Of a stretch of DNA of 62,000 nucleotides, positions 52,102-62,000 are shown piece by piece (the first letter of the stretch is position 1; every line of letters starts with the position of its first letter). Under the pieces are notes generated by a model. It was given only the letters and a program-made list of their open reading frames with translations. It did not search any database and was not told the DNA's origin. Source of the DNA: Wallemia ichthyophaga EXF-994 (taxonomy: Eukaryota; Fungi; Basidiomycota). The DNA is taken from contig NW_008806284.1 of the NCBI RefSeq assembly GCF_000400465.1, positions 60,001 through 122,000 on the forward strand, given 5' to 3'. A program made the position numbers and the translations under genes.

Positions 52102-55100
52102 TTAATTCTGCTCCAATCTGACTTGTGCCAGCACTCTCGATATCTCATTAGCTTGATCAGTCGACAAACCATCAAAGTTACCTGATGGCGTCTCTATCCT
52201 GCTTGGAATCTGTTGTTGAGAGAACGTTGCAGAGGTTGCTGAATTTGGATTACTTATATTCGAGTATTGTTGAATGTCCGCATTATTAGTTGGAGGTATT
52301 GAGATAGGATTTGGGATATTCTGTAATTTATTACGTGGATTGGTAGATAATGATCTAGCGTGTCTTAATCCTGTTGGATGATTTGGTTGACTTTGCTGCG
52401 CATATATTGAGCCTGAGCTCCCAATCGCTTGACTATTGTTAGAAAGTGGTGGTGAGATTGGTGAAAAGAACTGTTGCTGATTCATTTGCGTATCCAATTC
52501 AGGTGGTGTCACTTGCGGTAACGATCTAGTGTGTGCGTGTCCACCCAAAGATGCAGATGATCCGAAAAATTTAGGATCTTGTTGCATTACTCCACCCACT
52601 GGTCCTCCGATAGAATAGTGGGATTGATGTCCCAAATGGCTCGGGCGCTGTGGTTTGTTGAACTCCCTCGGTGATGGCCTGCTCGAAGGGTTGGTACTTG
52701 AAGCATAATTACCGGTGCCTGCAGATGGATCTCCAACTACACCAGCATAACCTTGGTTCTGACCGTTGCTGCCAGTCGCATTTGGAGTCTTTCCAACCAA
52801 TGCACCAAGGTCAAGACTCTGAGCTCTTTGTGAAGCTAACGTACGTTGTGGCTGCTGTGGCTTCATCTTGGCCTCCATTATCGAATCTGTTCCTCTCTTG
52901 GCCGCCGTGTCTTCAGTAGTTTGGGCATAAGACTTGGTGGCGTCGGCAGCAGGTGGTATAGTAGGTCTACCATAGTGAGTTGGTGGCGTTGGCGGGCCCC
53001 ATACGTTTTGAGTATACTGTTGCTCTTGAGCTTGTTGACTAGCAGCGGCATAGTAAGCAGCAGCAGCTTGAGTTTGCTGAAGCTGTGCTTGGGAAGAAGC
53101 CGAGTTAATGGCCTCCTCACCGATTCCACCATAAGGCGATGACATTGCAGTATTTGAATCAGGGGATGACACAGTCGATCCTGGATAACCACCGCTACCA
53201 TCGTTACCAAACAGTGCTTTGACGTTAGGTGTTGATACAGCTGCACGCAATCTTCTGCCCGATCCAACAGCACCTGTTTTGGTACCACCAAGTGTAGACG
53301 ATCCAGAGAAGTTTGGCTTTTGACCCATTAACGCAGCAGCGGAAGATCCACTTCCAATACTGTTGCTACTCAAAGTATTGTGACGAGATTCACCTGGTCT
53401 TGTAAACTGGGCACTTGCATCTTGGAAGCCATCGAAGGTTTCATTCGTGGGACTTTCTGTTGCAGGAATAATCTTTGAGTTAAATAACGGGAAAGCGCCG
53501 GCAAGAACATCCGCACGCATTGGCTGCTGTGTCGGGATAGTTGGTCTGGCGTGGAGAGGTACACCACGGCTTTTCAAGTAATCTTCGAGAGCATCTTTTG
53601 CTGCACCCAACATATCAATGTTAGAGCGTTGACAACGAACCTTGAAGGCCAAGTCTTCATCATCCTCGGACGCGCTGCTGGAATCTGATTGAGGAGAGCT
53701 GTTCTGGACATTATCACTTGGCTTAGACAGCTGAGCTGGTGCAGAGATCGACACGTGTAAATCACTACGAATGGTGTTTAATAGCTCAGCAAATCTATTA
53801 TCGTTGACAGCAGTCTTGATTTGGCTAGAGCGAGGAGCCAAGTATTCAGCTTCGAATGGTACGTGATCCTGCTTATGGTTAGCCAAGTTAAGTTGCAAAC
53901 GTGCAACCCACTAAAACCATCGTCTTTGCAATGTTCACTTGATGCTCAGGACCAAAAATTGCAACCGAGTCAGTTGCCAACTCCTTGTCAGGAAATCTGA
54001 CAATACATCCAGTTTTAGATTCGATGTCGTGCAGAAAAATGGACTTTTCTCCAAGCAAAGTGCGATGATATTTCCTAGGTATCATAATACTTTCATTCGT
54101 ATAATCTTTATCTTTAGGATTGACTAATTCCATTACTGATTGTTTAAGATTTTCCAAATTCATGGCATTCTTCGCAGGCGTTCTTGAAATGACATTGTCT
54201 TCATTATCGCAATACCCGCCTAATGCGGCGAACTCATCAGCGTTTGAAAACTTGACGTACACGCCAAATTTCTTCATGATACGCTGGATGTTTTTACCCC
54301 CAACACCAATGATACGCTTGTGGTACACTTCAGGAACGTGGAAAGACATCTCTGCAGGTAACTCCTCTTGAAGCATAGACAAGCCACTCAAAGCACCAAG
54401 GTCTGAGCCGGCGACCTGGGATAATATGTAAGTTGAGCTGAATAGGGTGACAAAAGTAACCCACATCAATCAAGAAATTGTATTCAGATAAAGTCTCATA
54501 CTTTATTCTAACGTTTGCAGATTTCATGATCTTATTGATCTTTCCATTCTTTTTGCCTGAAATGAAATCACGGTGTTCATTGGCCAATTCAACCTGGAAC
54601 CTAATTTCGTGGTGAAAGCCTTGAACAATATCCAAATCCAAAACTCTCGCGATAGCGTCTCTAACAGAGGCATCGGAGCCGTGAGCCTCAAAGCAATTAG
54701 ACTTGAGTACGATCTCAGCACCCGATTCTAAAGCTAATTTCTCGAGATCGCCTGGTGGGACAGTTGAAGGGTTGATAGAAGGAGGAGGAATCAATACGTC
54801 AAATGTAACTGGTAATAACCAGACACTCGCAACGTAATAAAAGCAGGCTAGTTGCATGACCGACCTTATGGTCCTTTCAATCGAAACTCTGTTATCGCCA
54901 AAGATTTGAATGATGGAGGCTTGTGAGCCAATGACGGGGAATTTGATGAAAGTACCGTTATCAGCCATGATAGTGCGCAGCTCATCAGCTTTTTCGAGGA
55001 CCAAAGCATCCAATTTTCTAGGTAAAAGAGCAGCGTCGCGACTCAAAACAGACTTTGAGTTGACTTTCTGTACGGCGACTTGTACAAGCATATCCTTAGC

Positions 55101-55884
55101 TCTTTGTACACCGAAGAAATCACCAGTAATGTGGATAAAGTTCCTCTGATCAGGTAAGCTAGCAGCTCTTGGTGAGGCATTACCGAGTACGCCTGCTAGA
55201 GGAGGAGGAAGGTAGATGTTTGTTTCAGTCTCCTCTTCAATGGTTCTAATGACAGAGCGTTTCTTTGAGGCGATAATTGGGTGTAATTTAAAGTCGATAT
55301 CAACCTTATCAGCGTGTAAGCCGTTCGATTGATCCATGGTAACTAGAACAGCAATCTTTGCATGCTCAATGGCCTCTTGGCCACCAACAATAGTGAACTG
55401 GACCATACGCTGCAATTGAAGACCATGCTGGAAATTTGAAGGGGGAAGTTCTTTCAAAGCAAAGTTTACACCAGTGAGGGAATTGAGGGAGATAATCTTG
55501 TCCTTGAGGGCGGTGGATAGACAGTCTAAGGGATGGCTGGGATTAAGGTCGTGTACGAGCAAGTCAGATTTTGGAATTTTGAGTTGCAAAAAAGACTTGA
55601 GGGGCAAGTCCCTGATGAGTTGTCCTCTGGCGTTGAGAACATTTTGGAAAGAGCCAGATAAGTGCCAGATAGACAGATTCGATTGTTGATGGTGGTTTAG
55701 AACGCAAGACTGAGATTGAGTGATGGAGCTAGAAAGCTTATCATAAGAATCCGTAGAATTATCAAATTCAAATAAGTAATCTTGATTGGGTAAATTAGGT
55801 AAAGGCAAGCTGAGAGATAAGTTGTAGAGATCTGCTAGGAAATGAGTGTGTGAGAATCATACGAATAGAATCGCACTTACCCAT
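52102..55884 (-). CDS. Multi-KH-domain RNA-binding protein (Mug60/BICC1-like) with a long low-complexity tail
   Basis: KH GxxG loops (FISGKKNGKINKI; HKRIIGVGGKNIQRIMKK; LLGEKS). First exon ATGG followed by a GTAAGT intron. Confidence 0.82.
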
Positions 55885-56325
55885 AGAATCTAAAAATTGT
55901 AGTTTTATAATACCTTAGCTGGGTATATATTTTTAACTTTCACTGACGCTCCTTGACGGTCGTTCTTGTCTAAAGTGTGAACGGCGCTCTGAAGGGAGCA
56001 AATTGGATAAAAATTAAATTAGCAATTAGCCGGATAAGCTTCCTTTTCGGCGTTTTTTCTATTTTAATTTTATCCAAATTAAGAATTTTTTACATTTCAT
56101 TTTTAATGGTGGTGAAATTCTTAATCCGGAAGTTTAATCAACATTGTAGAAAAGGGAAATTTAATACATTTTGCTTTAACCTACACGCTTATTATTATCA
56201 ATCTTAATCTTCTTTTTTTGTCTTTCTGCGAGTGCGTCTGCATCTTCTAAGCGTTGTTGAGCGGCAAAAATCTTGTAATATTTCTTATCTAACTGCAAAC
56301 TACCTTGTTTGAATGTATCTATGGC

Positions 56326-56378
56326 TGACTCATTCTCTTTCTCAGTGAATGACTCGGCTATGTATGTCTAATGAGTCA
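56326..56378. promoter_or_regulatory. Three AP-1/Gcn4-type bZIP motifs within 53 nt
   Basis: TGACTCA 56326-56332, ATGACTC 56349-56355 and TGAGTCA 56372-56378, ~450 nt upstream of the KH gene. Confidence 0.4.
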
Positions 56379-56760
56379 GGCACAATCACCCACCTGTTCT
56401 GCCTTGGATGTCTGTATATCATTATCATCATCCTCCCATGGGTTTTTCTTTCTTTTTTTTAGCTACTGCGCTTCTTCTTGGGGATAACGGCATTCCATAA
56501 TATCTTCAACCAGGTTGTTGCATTTGTGAACGCGGTCTTGGTTTTGTGTGAGTGGATTCATTGTAATAGTACTTGTAATCTTTGTTACATTTTTATAATA
56601 GACGCTTGCCCCCTTTTTTATATACTTATATTTGCCTAAACCATTTAGAACATCTCATGTCACCGCGCAGCGCAACCTCCCTGCAAACAACCCAAGCAAT
56701 AAATAAACGTATGCATTTATGGGATCTATCTATATGACATTAGCCAAAACCAACTAAATC

Positions 56761-58928
56761 TCAATTTAAGCGACTCTTTTTGGATTTCGACTTGACGCTT
56801 TGTATCAGCGAATCGATCGATGGTGCGTTGTTGGCAGCAACATCGTCTCCATCTCTCTGCGATCTTCTCGATCTCTCCGCTAACAACTTTTTCATGCTCT
56901 TTGTCGGCTTGAAGCTGTTTGATAGTTAGTGGGTGAAATATGAAATATTTCTCAGCACTTGACTCACTTTGGCAGTGTTGGATCAATTGCATACTGGTGA
57001 TCCTCCAAGACGTTCTTGAATCTATCATCATCGACGTTGATTTCAAAGTTATCTTCAGCATCACCGTCATCGTTACCTTTCGATTTCTTGTTGTGTTTGC
57101 GCTTTCTGCCTTGCTTCTTTTCACTCTTGATGATATCGTCCATGTCAAAGTGTTTGGCATCGTCTTTCTCATTCGTGAGTAGCTTGAGTTCGTCAGCTGT
57201 TGACTCCACTCTGCCGCTATCCTGTGCATCCTCTTTATCCTCTATCTTGCTCTTCCTTTCATCTTTCTTGTATGGCTTTGCGATGGCTGCACGGTCATCC
57301 TCAGCAGCTCTGTTGTCGAAGGCAGCCTCATCCTCACTGCCAGACTGGAAGAAGTCGTCGTCAAAGCCAGCCTGGTCGCTAGGTTTCTCTTGCTGCTCCA
57401 TTTGCTCTTGATGCTCGCTATCGTCGTCTTGCATCTGGTTCTTTCTCTTGTCTTTCTTAGCATCCTTCTTTGCCTTCTCCTTCTTCTTGTATCTCTCTAG
57501 CGTTGTCATGTTCTCATCACCATCACTATCCTTACCCTTCTTAGTGTTCTTCTCGCTCAACCCAGGCGCAAACGTAACTTCCATCTCTCCTTCTCTATCC
57601 TTTTTGCCACCCCTGAGTTCACGAGCGTCACCTTGTTCTCCACTAAGAGCAGCTCTCAGCAAAGCCGCTCTTCTCTGGTTTTCCTGCTCGTTTTCGCTCT
57701 CGTCCTCACTCTCAGAGGCGAGATAAGCCTTAAAGTCATTCTGCTCGATATCTTCCTTGTTCATACGCTTGCGCGTGAGAGCCACCCTCTTGTCGTCATC
57801 CTCATCCCAAGTCAGCTTGACCTTGGAGTGGCGCAAAGCGGGTGTCTGGAAATCGACGCCTCTATAAGACTCACTTGAGGTGTTAGCCTGATCGCGTATA
57901 TCATCTTCCTCAAACGCCACGCCATCAGGCACGACCTGGAACTGGAGAATATTTGCAGTGCGTTCGATCTCCGTGTTGTGAGCTTCACTGAACAGCTTGT
58001 GGGCAGCCTTGCTAGACGAGAGTGTGACGATAGCGTAGTAGTAGCGCAATCTGCCCAATTGATACTCCCTCAGTGCTGATTCAGGGTCGAGTTGACGTTC
58101 TTTACCTTTCTTCGTCTTGTTGGCACCTATCAGAGTGGGTCCGGATTGCTCCTCGTGCTCTATACGGTTCTTGCCAAATTGCGACATGTACACACTAACA
58201 TTTTTCAGCGCCTTCTTGTGCTCTGTGCCTTGGAGAATGGAATCAAGGGCGACGTAGATGTCCTGTGCGGAGAGGTGGTCCCAGTCGAGATTGGTGACTG
58301 CTAGACGAGAAGTGAAGTCGATGGTATCGTCATCGTCTCCGTCCTCTGCGTTTTCATTATAGGCTTTAGCCTGAGCGTCTAAACGACGCATTTCATCTTT
58401 GATCTCGTCGTCATTCAAGGATTGGGGGATTTCGTCGTCATCATTATCATCGTCGTCGCTGTCTTCGTCCTCGTCATCAGAACCTACGAGTTGGTTTTCG
58501 TAGTTTTCAGGCTGGAGCTCGACCTCGTCGTCAGCGCTGGAGTCTGAAGAGGCAGAATCAGAAACTGAATCAGAGTCTGAGGAGGAATCAGAGTCAGAGT
58601 CTTCCATGATAGCTTCACCGCGTGCATAATCCATGGCAGATTTGGGTTGTTGTGGTTGCTCAAGTTCGTTCAGTTGGTCACGCTGCTGCCTTTCCTTCTT
58701 AGCAGCCTTCTCATCATCTTTATTGATATTATAAAACTGCTTAAGCTCGTGTGCGCCATCCTTAGGCTTAACTTTACGACCAAACTTATCGACCTTGGAA
58801 GTAGATTGAAAGTCGAATAAATCTTTGAATCTATCGTCTAAGACAACTTTCTGTTGATTCTTCTTTGTTTTATGGAACTTTGGGTTGCTCGCTGTCCCGC
58901 TGAATCTTTTATCTCCGGTTGGCGGCAT
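56761..58928 (-). CDS. ESF1: Pre-rRNA processing protein Esf1
   Basis: DKRFS..PKF, VDKFGR, TSRLAVTNLDWD, LREYQLGRLRYYYA, SKVKLTWDEDD and NUC153 (DDRFKNVLEDHQYAIDPT). One 3' intron. Confidence 0.93.
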
Positions 58929-59117
58929 CGTGGTGGGAGATGAAGGAAGACGGGTGCTCTACAATACCAGAAATGCCAGTAAACCTAGTAATCCCAGTAT
59001 TCCCGGCACAACTCACACTATCCTCCACTCCACGCCCTTAAACCGCCCTTAAAATTTAAAGTCCCCCACTTTACCCTTTTTCCTGTTCACTGAAGATCCT
59101 TGAAGAAAACAAGACAA

Positions 59118-60584
59118 ATGTCATTGATAGGGGGAGTGTTGAAGGCATTTACATCTATTCAAGCCACACAGCCACAACTTGTTTCTGCAAACAACGTTAA
59201 AAGAGCTGCTGTTGCGCTGATCCTGCGATTTAGATTGGTTGATAGTAGTCGCGGTGGTGATGGCAGTCCCAGTCCTAGTCCCAGTCCCACCAGTCCTTCC
59301 GATAGCGATTCTTCTTTGGAAGATTTATTCAATCAGCCGTGGATGCGCGATGGCAATGTCATTCCAGAGGTTCGTTGACGTGTTTTCTATATCCGGCGTC
59401 ATGCTAAGTGCTCACACCAAATAAAACCAGATTCTATTTATCCAGCGTGCTGCACGTAATGGTGACCGATGGTCTGGTCACGTCGCCTGCCCTGGTGGGC
59501 GCTATGAGCCAGACGACGAAAATCTCAAGTATACCGGTGAGAATCACCATCAGCATAAGTACACGCATGCCTAACAAACGCATTACCAGCCATGCGTGAA
59601 TGCTGGGAAGAAATCGGACTCGATATCTCTGACCGACGTCATTTCCTCCCTCTTGGCCAGCTCGATGATAGGGAAGTGACCAGCAGTCTGGGGAAAAAGC
59701 TGCTGATGATCCTCTCCCCATTCGTCTTTATCCAGACGAGGCCCGTCGATCACACTCTGCAGCTCGAGGCGCAGGAAGTGGAGTCTGTGCATTGGATACC
59801 GGTTGACGCACTCACTGATAACGCCGTTTATACGCACGTAGAGGTAGATCTACCCGCTCGTCTCTCTCCTAAATCGGAAATGGGACGCTGGGTTCTCGCG
59901 AGTGTGCTGTCTAATTCCTCACTCAGCTTTCCTGCGATAGAGCTCGCTAATAGACCGGCAGCAGTCGCTAGCCAGAGTGGCCTCGCTAGTGTGGCGCTGG
60001 AGGAGGAGAACGACGAGGATTTTGCGCCGCCTATGCCCGCTGAGCTGGACGACTCCATCAGCGAGTTACGCCAACGTACTGTACAGAACAGGCAGGTTGC
60101 GGAGGACAGAAAGGAGAGGAAAGTGGGGAAAGACATGACACAGCTATCCAAACGCCCCTCTCTCAGACTGTGGGGTCTAACACTAGGCTTCACACTCGAT
60201 TTCCTCAGCCACATACCAAGCAAGGCGAGTGAAGATACTCGTGGCGCGAAAAAAACACCGCAAAACGTCGAAACTACTCGACATCTAGCCACCGCTCACG
60301 TCATCAAAGCACTCTTCCCGTCGTTCAACTCACCCGATATCAACCTGTGGATGTGGGTGTGCGGGAGAAGATACCGCTCCATCCGCCGCCAGTGGGAGCA
60401 GGCGGCACGAAACCCAGGCAGTGCTGATAGGAGAAAGAATTGGAGTGGCACTATACGCGCTGCTCACTTTGCGACTATAAGAAGGGCGTTGATGTTCGCC
60501 GTCGTCTTTCGTATCTTGGCTGCATTCACTACTCTCTCCATCCTCGGTAGGTATTTGCAAAAGGTTGTTGCGTGGTTTGTTTGA
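59118..60584 (+). CDS. Nudix hydrolase with C-terminal transmembrane segment
   Basis: RAAVALIL..FIQRAARNGDRWSGHVACPGG..|AMRECWEEIGLD (Nudix box) and C-terminal ALMFAVVFRILAAF. Confidence 0.85.
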
Positions 60585-60769
60585 GGGGGACTGAGAGGCG
60601 TATCTGTTGATTTTCTTGTTTGCCCGCCCTTCTACACGCCCTTGCACACTGCCTTTGATTGGATTAATGGATTGCACTACACGACACAACACTATATCAC
60701 ACCAAACCACACCACGTACGCTCGCACACCTGTGCGGTTGACACAGTAATAACGATAGATAGTAAAAGA

Positions 60770-62000
60770 TTATTGCATGTGCTCATGTGCGATTTGCATG
60801 ATGGCCAGCTGAAGATCGAGGCCGAGGACATCGTCATCGTCGAACCCGTTGTGATACGCGATGTCATTGTAAGGATTATCCTGCTCGACTTGCGCGCCAT
60901 CCTGATTCTGGAGGAGGCCATCAAATAGCTTCTGAAAGCAGTATGTGCCGGGAGTATTGAAGTGTGGGTAAGGGTTGGAAGGAACGAGGCGACCACCACA
61001 GAGGAAGCAGAAATGAGTGCCGCACCTACAACTCATGTGGTTACATCCGGAGCTCTTCTCCGTCCTGACAGCACAGTGGGGACAAGCCTGCGCGGTGTTT
61101 TCGATAGTCCTACGACTCGCCTCCGACTCGAGAAAGTCAGCGAGGAGGCGCTGAAGGTACTTTCTACCGTAGCGACTCTCCAGGGCGAGTTGATCGCGTG
61201 AGTTTGATTGTTCCAGCGCATGAGCGTAAGCGCGAACGTAATGGAGCGTCGTCGAGACGGGACAAGCTGCCACGGGCCCGTGGTATGTGCGGCGGCAGTA
61301 GCAGCAGAAAGCGAAGGAGCATTGAGGACAGACGCGCAATCGCTGTGCACCCTCATCACTCTCGCTGTCACCTACGAGTGCGTTCTCGGGTGGACGCGCA
61401 ACGGGTGTGTGGCAGAGGGGGCAGTACACGGTGCGCGGATCGTCTTCTGCAGCTTTCTTCTGACGTAGATACACCACGCGCTGGTGGACTCTCTCCCCAC
61501 TCACCTCTAGGATGGTTGCATCGGGTATGGGCAGTGTGCAGGTCGGCGAGGGACAGATGAGACTGTCTAGCGAGCCTTCGCGCACGTGCAGCTCGGTCAT
61601 GTCGCGTAGACACGCAGCGCACACCGCACACCCACACGGCATCTCTGCCCCGTGCACTCCCTTGCGCCGCCGCAAGCAGATGGGACAGTCGTAGCTGCTT
61701 TCTGCGAACACCGTGGCTGCGTGTGTCCGGTTGTACGCGCGTAGTGTGGCGGCGAGTGTCGCGAGCGCGTGTGTGTCTTGCACTTGTATTGAAGCGGGAG
61801 GGTATGCGTGCAGAACGTGCATTGTGCGTAGGAGCTCTCCTTCTCCTTCCTCGCTTTCTTCCCGTATTAGCCTCTCCAACTCCGCCTTGTTGCCAGCCGT
61901 GCCCGCCACTGCTTCGATATGGGAGAGCATCGGCGTCGGTGAGCTGCTGCCGTCCAGCGTAAATGTGACAGACGTCGGTGGCAGCTGGCCCACATTCAGC
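60770..62000 (-). CDS. RBR (RING-IBR-RING) E3 ligase, Itt1/RNF14-like; 5' end outside the window
   Basis: RING1 CPIC..CGCAVCAAC..CPSPTC, IBR YCPLC..CPQCSFAFCCYCRRTYHG, RING2 CPHC..EKSSGCNHMSCRCGTHFCFLC. Confidence 0.9.
   Translation of the reverse strand, partial: LNVGQLPPTSVTFTLDGSSSPTPMLSHIEAVAGTAGNKAELERLIREESEEGEGELLRTMHVLHAYPPASIQVQDTHALATLAATLRAYNRTHAATVFAESSYDCPICLRRRKGVHGAEMPCGCAVCAACLRDMTELHVREGSLDSLICPSPTCTLPIPDATILEVSGERVHQRVVYLRQKKAAEDDPRTVYCPLCHTPVARPPENALVGDSESDEGAQRLRVCPQCSFAFCCYCRRTYHGPVAACPVSTTLHYVRAYAHALEQSNSRDQLALESRYGRKYLQRLLADFLESEASRRTIENTAQACPHCAVRTEKSSGCNHMSCRCGTHFCFLCGGRLVPSNPYPHFNTPGTYCFQKLFDGLLQNQDGAQVEQDNPYNDIAYHNGFDDDDVLGLDLQLAIMQIAHEHMQ

Overview
Eukaryotic nuclear DNA from a very compact fungal genome: mostly 45-60 nt GT-AG introns with CTAAC/CTGAC-type branch sites, and intergenic gaps often under 200 nt. 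The proteins look basidiomycete, and a Wallemia-like source is my inference, not something the sequence proves. About 30 conserved intron-containing genes are present: arginase, a SNF2 helicase, RPL2, CDK8/SSN3, NOSIP, TUM1, SGT2, MAK11, oxalate decarboxylase, TUF1, SNX4, a SET protein, actin, a C2H2 protein, CDC48, EBP2, PHO13, a Mid2-like sensor, PP2C, AFG2, RPS11, a DUF3292-like protein, a Zn2Cys6 TF, an LRR protein, PPIL2, a KH protein, ESF1, a Nudix hydrolase and an RBR ligase. Three things are not visible in the ORF track. (1) Four box C/D snoRNAs (U6-Am47 guide, U44-like, two snR52-like) sit in introns that begin 7 nt after the TUM1 stop codon, apparently in its 3' UTR. (2) An ~8 kb block (about 43.7-51.9 kb) holds only minus-strand orphan reading frames, joined across about 20 in-frame stop codons that read naturally as Gln/Arg codons after a C-to-T change. 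(3) Two small five-exon orphan genes are hidden in apparent intergenic gaps. Exon boundaries were read by eye, and rRNA/snRNA target sequences were recalled from memory rather than searched.
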